Part shown: positions 58,349 through 64,000 of the stretch, in pieces | How positions within the stretch are numbered: the first letter of the stretch is position 1 | How the letters are laid out: each line of letters begins with the position of its first letter | Assembly (NCBI GenBank): GCA_947455515.1 | Contig: CANGOF010000001.1 | Coordinates: 5,049 to 69,048 of the forward strand | Direction: 5' to 3' | Length of the DNA: 64,000 nucleotides | DNA from: Flavobacteriia bacterium | GTDB taxonomy: Bacteria; Bacteroidota; Bacteroidia; Flavobacteriales_D; Crocinitomicaceae | Position numbers and translations under genes: made by a program | The notes under the pieces: model-generated | Databases searched by the model: none | What the model saw: only the letters and a program-made list of their open reading frames with translations | Told to the model about the DNA's origin: nothing

Positions 58349-58586
58349 GACTAACTAAAAAATGGTCTTGTAATTGAGAAATAAAATCTTCGTAATCTTT
58401 CTCGAAAGCACCTGGTTCAACTTCATATTTTGCACTAATTTCTTTCTTAATCTCATTTAAAGATTTACCTTCTTTCATTAATCGAATGATATCGGCACCA
58501 ACAGCATTTGTTGAGAAAGAATCTCCATTGGATGGGTTAAAGATAAAACCACTATCGCTAACCGCTAAATTTGAATTTATTTTCAT
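58341..58586 (-). CDS. PqqD-family protein (RiPP-recognition-element-like small winged-helix protein)
   Basis: 81 aa. GFIFNPSNGDSFSTNAVGADIIRLMKEGKSLNEIKKEISAKYEV....FEKDYEDFISQL follows the PqqD pattern (...ln.tg..iw.ll.g..s..ei...l...y.v......Dv..fl..L). 8-nt overlap with the ATP-grasp gene. Confidence 0.7.
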   Translation of the reverse strand: MKINSNLAVSDSGFIFNPSNGDSFSTNAVGADIIRLMKEGKSLNEIKKEISAKYEVEPGAFEKDYEDFISQLQDHFLVSHV

Positions 58587-58710
58587 GTTTTCTATTTTTA
58601 TATTTGTTGTTATCTACACTTCAAATATGAAAAATAAATCATTTGACAAAAAATAAAAGATACGTAGGGGAATAAAAAAGAGATGAAAGTTTGATTTTCG
58701 TCGAAAAAAA

Positions 58711-59439
58711 CTATTCATCTTCGGAAATCTCTAAACCTAAGGATTTATATAAAGGGACTTTGTAGCTATCTCCAATAAAAAGCTCCGTTTCTTCAATCGT
58801 AAGACGGGTTTTTTTTATCGATGTTATCTTGCTTAAATTTACGATATAAGATTTGTGTATACGTTTAAAACCTAACAATTCAAGCCTTTCTTCTATTGAC
58901 TTCATACTCATTCGAGTTATAATTGGCTTTGAAATGTTAGTTAAATAGATTTTTATATAGTCTTTCAGGCCTTCAATATAAGCTATATCTGGAATATTTA
59001 CTTTAACTAAACTATAATCGGAATTAACAAAAATATAGTCTGGAGGTAATTGTTTTAAAACCGAAGGAGTAGAATTATGTATTAAACTATGTGTCTCTTT
59101 AACTTTGAGTACACTTTTATAAAAACGATCAAAGGAAAAAGGTTTAACCAAATAATCGATCACATCTAATTCAAAACCTTCTAAAGCATATTTTTTATAT
59201 GCAGTTGAAAAAATAATATATGGCTTTTGTTTCAGCGACTGAACAAACTGAATGCCATTAATTTCTGGCATTTCAACGTCAACAAAAATTAAATCGACGT
59301 ATTCATTTTCAAGAATTTCATAAGCTTGAATGGCATTTCTACAAGTAGTAACCAATTGCAAAAAAGGTACTTTTTGAACAAAATCAGCCATCATTTCTAA
59401 TGCTAACGGTTCGTCATCTATGCAAATACATTTAATCAT
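58711..59439 (-). CDS. LytR/AlgR-family response regulator (receiver + LytTR DNA-binding domain)
   Basis: The receiver has DDEP and phospho-acceptor DLIFVDVEMPEINGI. C-terminal LytTR pattern (I.YIEGLKDYIKIY......RMSMK.IEE.L....F.RIHKSYIVNL). Confidence 0.9.
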   Translation of the reverse strand: MIKCICIDDEPLALEMMADFVQKVPFLQLVTTCRNAIQAYEILENEYVDLIFVDVEMPEINGIQFVQSLKQKPYIIFSTAYKKYALEGFELDVIDYLVKPFSFDRFYKSVLKVKETHSLIHNSTPSVLKQLPPDYIFVNSDYSLVKVNIPDIAYIEGLKDYIKIYLTNISKPIITRMSMKSIEERLELLGFKRIHKSYIVNLSKITSIKKTRLTIEETELFIGDSYKVPLYKSLGLEISEDE

Positions 59440-60493
59440 CTTTTAAAATTGCTAATGACAAAGATACACAATACCAGTTTGATTCTTTAGAAACATTTAA
59501 TTGGTATTTAGTTGGGTATAATAAATCCAAACGACGTTTCACATTTACTAATCCAATACCTTGATTTTTTGAATCAAATTTAGAATAATTTTCTTTGAAT
59601 TTATTTTTTACATCCAACTGAAAACGATTTTTATTAATATAAATATGAATCTCAATTTCAGGAGAATCAATGACAGACGTCCCATGCTTAAATGCATTTT
59701 CGATATAAGGTATCAACAACATAGGTTCAATATTCAATTCCAAATCCGAAGGAATATCTACCTTTTGGATAATATTAACTGTATCTCCAAAACGAATCAC
59801 TTGTAAATCAATATAATCTGAGATATATTCTAATTCGTCATGAATAGAAACTTTATCTTCATCTGATTCATATAGCATATATCGAATAATAGAAGCAAGT
59901 TTTAACAAACTTCCCTCCGCTTTTTCGGATTGTTTACGAACTAATATGATACTACTATTTAGTGCATTAAAAATAAAATGAGGACTAATTTGAGAACGAA
60001 GAAAAGACAATTCTGTCTTTAAATTTTCCGTTTCCTTTTCTTTTCTTAATTTCTCTTCTTTAAATCTATCAGTCAATAAACGGTATGAGATACTAATAAA
60101 AAGAATAAAAAGTAATGGTAATGATAAAGCAATTAATTGATTTCCACGAATACTTTCAGGAGAAGGTATCCCACGACCTAAATTTGGTGGTGGAATATAA
60201 GTGGGTAAAAACGGGAAAATAAAATAGGATATAGAAAGTATGGTAATAATTAAGATTAGAAGTGAACTAATATAAATGACTGAACTTCTTTTTAATAATT
60301 TTGGTATAAGTACAGAACTATTAAAATAGAAAATGAAGATAAAATAAATGTGATTTACAAGTAAATGCTCATCCAAAAATTGTATTCCCTCACTTGGGAT
60401 TGGTTGAACACCTTTAGGATCAACAAAAGGAACTAAATAAAAAGCTATCCAAAAAAAGAGATGAAGAGAGAAATTAAACAAAGAAATTTTCAT
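59432..60493 (-). CDS. LytS/YehU-type sensor histidine kinase (membrane-embedded sensor, no large periplasmic domain)
   Basis: Four N-terminal TM helices, His_kinase box LRSQISPHFIFNALNS and an ATPase domain with IENAFKHG and GIGLVNVKRRL. 8-nt overlap with the regulator gene. Confidence 0.85.
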   Translation of the reverse strand: MKISLFNFSLHLFFWIAFYLVPFVDPKGVQPIPSEGIQFLDEHLLVNHIYFIFIFYFNSSVLIPKLLKRSSVIYISSLLILIITILSISYFIFPFLPTYIPPPNLGRGIPSPESIRGNQLIALSLPLLFILFISISYRLLTDRFKEEKLRKEKETENLKTELSFLRSQISPHFIFNALNSSIILVRKQSEKAEGSLLKLASIIRYMLYESDEDKVSIHDELEYISDYIDLQVIRFGDTVNIIQKVDIPSDLELNIEPMLLIPYIENAFKHGTSVIDSPEIEIHIYINKNRFQLDVKNKFKENYSKFDSKNQGIGLVNVKRRLDLLYPTKYQLNVSKESNWYCVSLSLAILKDD

Positions 60494-60499
60494 CGTATT

Positions 60500-62647
60500 T
60501 TATTTCTTCTTTTTCTCTTTTTTAGCGGCTTTTTTAGCTGTTTTTAAATTTTCAACCGGTGCAAGTAGTTTTTGTTCCGCTAAATCTGGATCAAAATCCA
60601 TCCCTCTTACAAAACCTTCTGTTCGACGATTTAACGAATGTAGTTTTTCAAACTTAATTGGATCTTTTGTTTTAAACTGAAGTATATATTTTTCCGTTAA
60701 TACTACAGCCTTTCCTCTTTCATCAATCCATTTAACAGGTTCTTTTTCACCTTTTCCAACAGGAATTAAACGACGTATGTCAATTCCTTTTTCTTGTACT
60801 AAATATTGTACACATTCACGTGCACGGTTATTCGATAATTTCAAGTTAAATTCATCATTTCCACGGCAATCCGTATGCGAACTCAATTCCAAAATCATTT
60901 TAGGGTATTTCATTAAAACATCATAGACGAAATTCAGTGAATCTTTAGAACTAATAGTAGAATCTTGCAATAATTCCCATTTTCCAAAGGCATATCTAAC
61001 TTCAGGAATACGAATTTTTTCTTCCGGAATTAACAGAGGAACATCAATAATGAAATTTTGATCGTAACGCAAACCTCGCGTAGTGAATTGCGTTTCACTT
61101 TTGTTTTTTTCAGCACCAACGCGGTACGTTAGAATTGTATAATCTGTATTTTCTTTAATAACTCGTTCCCCATTTGCTTTATTCTCAAAAAATATCACTC
61201 CCTTTTTATCCGTAAATCCTTCCACTTTAGAACTATCCGACCCAATTATTACCACTTTAACATTTCCTAATTTTTTTTCAATTTGACCTAATTTGCTAAC
61301 AATGATTTTAATATCATACTTGTTCGGAGGTAATTGATATCTATATAAATCCGTTTTAAAAGTTTTACCTAAACCTGTTTTACGTTCCGAAGTAAAATAC
61401 CCTTCCGTTTCATTGATTTCTATTAAACTAAAATCATTACCTTCAGAATTTCGAGGATATCCAATATTTTCCGCTTTTTCCCAAGTGTTTTTTCCATTTG
61501 CAGAACTCTTAATTGCTTTAAAAATATCTAAACCACCTATCCCTGGTCTTCCATCGGATGAGAAATATAAATCTTCATACGCATTAAATGTAGGGAACAT
61601 TTCATTACCTGCGGTATTAATCTCAGGCCCTAAATTTACCGGTGGTGACCATATGTCTGCTTTTTTAGAATACGTAGAATACCACAAATCTTTCCCCCCA
61701 AAACCACCAGGTAATTCTGATACAAAAATTAAAAAATTACCATCAGCAGATACACAAGGATGACCAATAGAAACTGAGTCTGCATTTTTTAAAGGTAGTT
61801 TGATAGGCTCAGCCCAATCTTTACCTCTCAATTCTGACATCCAAATTTCACAACCAAGGTTTTTATTTTTTTCATAAGGACAACGAGTAAAAAACATTTT
61901 CTTGAATTTACTATCAAAACAAACTGTTCCTTCATTAAATTCGGTGTTAATTTTTTCTCCAGGTAGAAGAATAGGTTCTCCAAAATTTCCTTTTTTATCA
62001 ATCTGAGTTAACCATAAATCCATATGTCCCTCCCCTGTTCTTGGATCTGTATCGCCACTAAAAGTACTTGGTCGATTCGAACTGAAAACTAAAGAAGCTT
62101 TCTTTTTATCTGCAAAAACGGTAGACATATCAATTCCATCTTTATTTAAAATTGATAAATTTGTAATAAGGTGATTAGTTTTGTTAGCCATAAATTTGGC
62201 TACTTCTTTACATGCAACCAAGCCGGCATCAGCTTTAGAATCATTAGGTACCAATGCTTTATAGGAATTATAATTTTCTATGGCTAAATTATAATCTCCC
62301 ATGTAACGAATCATTTCTGCATAATAGAATAAAACAACAGGATTAATCAATTGATAATTAACTACCAGTGCTTTTTGATACCAATCTAATGCATTCTTGT
62401 AGTCTTCCAACATTCTATAACATTCACCCGTTTTGAAAGCCATATCTCCTTTTCGTTCAGAAGCTTTTCTGCTTTTAGGATTCACCTTATCAAACGCATG
62501 AATTGTAAGCTTTACGGCTTCTACATAATTCTCATCATAAAACGACTTATTTGCTTTTTTAATTTCCTTTGGTTCCTGCCCAAAAGCCTGAAAAGCAAGC
62601 GTTAACAAACAAAAAAAGAATATATTACGGAATAACATAATTTTCAA
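60500..62647 (-). CDS. OmpA-family protein with TPR and PD40 (TolB-like) repeats
   Basis: Signal peptide, TPR (YKNALDWYQKAL, GDYNLAIENY) and PD40 repeats ending GHMDLWLTQ, GGKDLWYS and GGLDIFKA. C-terminal OmpA domain (LSSHTDCRGNDEFNLKLSNNRARECVQYL). Confidence 0.8.
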   Translation of the reverse strand: MKIMLFRNIFFFCLLTLAFQAFGQEPKEIKKANKSFYDENYVEAVKLTIHAFDKVNPKSRKASERKGDMAFKTGECYRMLEDYKNALDWYQKALVVNYQLINPVVLFYYAEMIRYMGDYNLAIENYNSYKALVPNDSKADAGLVACKEVAKFMANKTNHLITNLSILNKDGIDMSTVFADKKKASLVFSSNRPSTFSGDTDPRTGEGHMDLWLTQIDKKGNFGEPILLPGEKINTEFNEGTVCFDSKFKKMFFTRCPYEKNKNLGCEIWMSELRGKDWAEPIKLPLKNADSVSIGHPCVSADGNFLIFVSELPGGFGGKDLWYSTYSKKADIWSPPVNLGPEINTAGNEMFPTFNAYEDLYFSSDGRPGIGGLDIFKAIKSSANGKNTWEKAENIGYPRNSEGNDFSLIEINETEGYFTSERKTGLGKTFKTDLYRYQLPPNKYDIKIIVSKLGQIEKKLGNVKVVIIGSDSSKVEGFTDKKGVIFFENKANGERVIKENTDYTILTYRVGAEKNKSETQFTTRGLRYDQNFIIDVPLLIPEEKIRIPEVRYAFGKWELLQDSTISSKDSLNFVYDVLMKYPKMILELSSHTDCRGNDEFNLKLSNNRARECVQYLVQEKGIDIRRLIPVGKGEKEPVKWIDERGKAVVLTEKYILQFKTKDPIKFEKLHSLNRRTEGFVRGMDFDPDLAEQKLLAPVENLKTAKKAAKKEKKKK

Positions 62648-62722
62648 TCTAATTAATTCTATAAAAAAGAATTTGAAAGTAAGAATAAATCGTGAAACTA
62701 CAAAATGAAATTTATATTTTAA

Positions 62723-63787
62723 CTACTCTCTCGAACCTTGTGTATAGCTTTCCCATTTTTTTAAAATTTCCTGAAAACCAGCAGGTAATTCTGAATCAAA
62801 ACTTAATAAATCACCACTTATTGGGTGTTTAAAGCCTAAGGTTTTAGCATGAAGAGCTTGACCAGGTATAAGGGCAAAACAATTTTCAACAAACTGTTTA
62901 TATTTTGTATGTGTTGTTCCTCTAAGAATCGAATCTCCGCCATATTCATTATCATTAAATAAAGGGTGACCTATCGATTTCATGTGAGCACGAATTTGGT
63001 GTGTTCTACCCGTTTCTAACTTACACTCTATTAGCGTAACTAATCCAAAACGTTGCAGTACCTTATAATGTGTTACCGCATGTTTTCCATGTTCACTATC
63101 TTCTGGAAAAACAGCCATTACTTTTCTGTTTTTTAAAGATCTTCCAATATTGCCTATAATCGTGCCAGATTCTTCCTTAACATCGCCCCAAACCAACGCA
63201 TTATATCTACGTTCTGTAGTCCTATCAAAAAATTGTTTTGCTAAATTCGTTAAAACATATTCTGTTTTGGCTATAACCATCAAGCCTGTAGTATTCTTAT
63301 CTAAACGATGAACTAAACCTGGTCTACCAGAATAATCTTGTGTTTTAATCGGTAGATTATCAAAATGAAAAACCAAAGCATTCACTAAAGTTCCTGTATA
63401 ATTCCCATAACCTGGATGTACTACCATTTCAGAAGGCTTGTGAACTACAGCCAAATATTCATCTTCAAATTCAATTTTAATCGGTATATCTTCTGCTATA
63501 AGTTCAATTTCTCGAATAGGATAGGGAAAAACTACGGAAACCTCATCTCCTGGTTTTACTTTGTAATTGGATTTAATTACAACTTTATTCGCTAAAACAT
63601 TGCCATTTCGAGCTGCAATTTGAATTTTATTTCGTGAAGTATTTGGTAAACGATCTAATAAAAACTTATCGATACGAATAATTTCTTGACCTTTATCCAC
63701 TTTAAATTTATGGTGTTCAAATAATTCATCTTCTCCAGCATTTTCCTCCCATTCGGCATCGTTGTACTTATCCATTATTGTTTGCAT
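62723..63787 (-). CDS. rluD: 23S rRNA pseudouridine synthase, RluD type
   Basis: S4 domain (RIDKFL...SR..IQ), catalytic HRLDKNTTGLMV, and GRTHQIRAH. Confidence 0.92.
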   Translation of the reverse strand: MQTIMDKYNDAEWEENAGEDELFEHHKFKVDKGQEIIRIDKFLLDRLPNTSRNKIQIAARNGNVLANKVVIKSNYKVKPGDEVSVVFPYPIREIELIAEDIPIKIEFEDEYLAVVHKPSEMVVHPGYGNYTGTLVNALVFHFDNLPIKTQDYSGRPGLVHRLDKNTTGLMVIAKTEYVLTNLAKQFFDRTTERRYNALVWGDVKEESGTIIGNIGRSLKNRKVMAVFPEDSEHGKHAVTHYKVLQRFGLVTLIECKLETGRTHQIRAHMKSIGHPLFNDNEYGGDSILRGTTHTKYKQFVENCFALIPGQALHAKTLGFKHPISGDLLSFDSELPAGFQEILKKWESYTQGSRE

Positions 63788-63999
63788 ATTTTATAGGTAC
63801 GACCTGTTATATTATCTTTCATTAAGTAGATACCTTTACTCCAATTTTCAGATGAAAACTGTTTGGTATCATTACTCAATTCAATAAGTATTTTTCCTTG
63901 AAGATCATAAATTACCACACCATTATATCCTATGTAATTTGGACTGATATTAAATAATTCCGAAGTTGGATTAGGAAAAATGGAAAGGGATTTGTCAAT
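63775..63999 (-). CDS. 3' end of a gene encoding a protein with a T9SS C-terminal sorting domain (5' part outside the window)
   Basis: The minus-strand frame is open from the window edge: IDKSLSIFPNPTSELFNISPNYIGYNGVVIYDLQGKILIELSNDTKQFSSENWSKGIYLMKDNITGRTYKICKQ*. This is the Por_Secre_tail pattern (fPNP......i......v.iyd..Gk......lskGiY). The stop at 63775-63777 overlaps the rluD start by 13 nt. It is absent from the ORF track because it has no start in the window. Confidence 0.6.
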   Translation of the reverse strand: MDKSLSIFPNPTSELFNISPNYIGYNGVVIYDLQGKILIELSNDTKQFSSENWSKGIYLMKDNITGRTYKICKQ

Positions 64000-64000
64000 T

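Noticed and set aside
58610-58642. Minus-strand mini-ORF MIYFSYLKCR in the gap upstream of the PqqD-like gene, considered as a RiPP precursor.
   Set aside because: It is only 10 codons long, has no leader/core organisation, overlaps the probable promoter box and lies in AT-rich DNA where such ORFs arise by chance. It cannot be supported from sequence alone.

Overview
AT-rich chromosomal segment that reads as Bacteroidota, most likely Flavobacteriia-like. Support: repeated TAnnTTTG -7 promoter boxes, PorP/SprF and PorV-like proteins, T9SS C-terminal sorting domains, and a bacteroidetal GGGPS. I can support about 57 protein-coding genes, RNase P RNA (rnpB) and tRNA-Phe(GAA). I saw no rRNA, CRISPR array, transposase, integrase or phage genes. 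Most genes are housekeeping: nadC, dtd, rsgA, guaB, purL, rsmG, greA, coaX, rnhA, rluD, PPIases, MoxR, an acyl-CoA ligase and PepP. Two envelope-associated loci are not explained by standard pathway knowledge. (i) 28.9-38.2 kb, minus strand: a terminator-delimited operon of an outsized TonB-dependent-receptor-like barrel, a 1409-aa protein whose only recognisable part is a T9SS C-terminal sorting domain, and a PorV/PorQ-like barrel. (ii) 51.0-60.5 kb, minus strand: a tightly packed cluster headed by a LytS-type kinase and LytTR regulator. It continues with a PqqD-like protein, an ATP-grasp ligase, an Orn/DAP/Arg-type PLP decarboxylase, a urea-transporter-like/M23 peptidase fusion, a TPR-plus-beta-barrel protein and two paralogous TPR proteins. 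This is my best candidate for an uncharacterised biosynthesis/export or envelope-remodelling system. Smaller oddities: tandem GT-C-like membrane paralogs, a shortened amidohydrolase without the HxH motif, a CTP-synthase-type GATase domain with all triad positions replaced, and an archaeal-type GGGPS next to an Sfp-type PPTase. All calls rest on motif recognition by eye; no database search was run.
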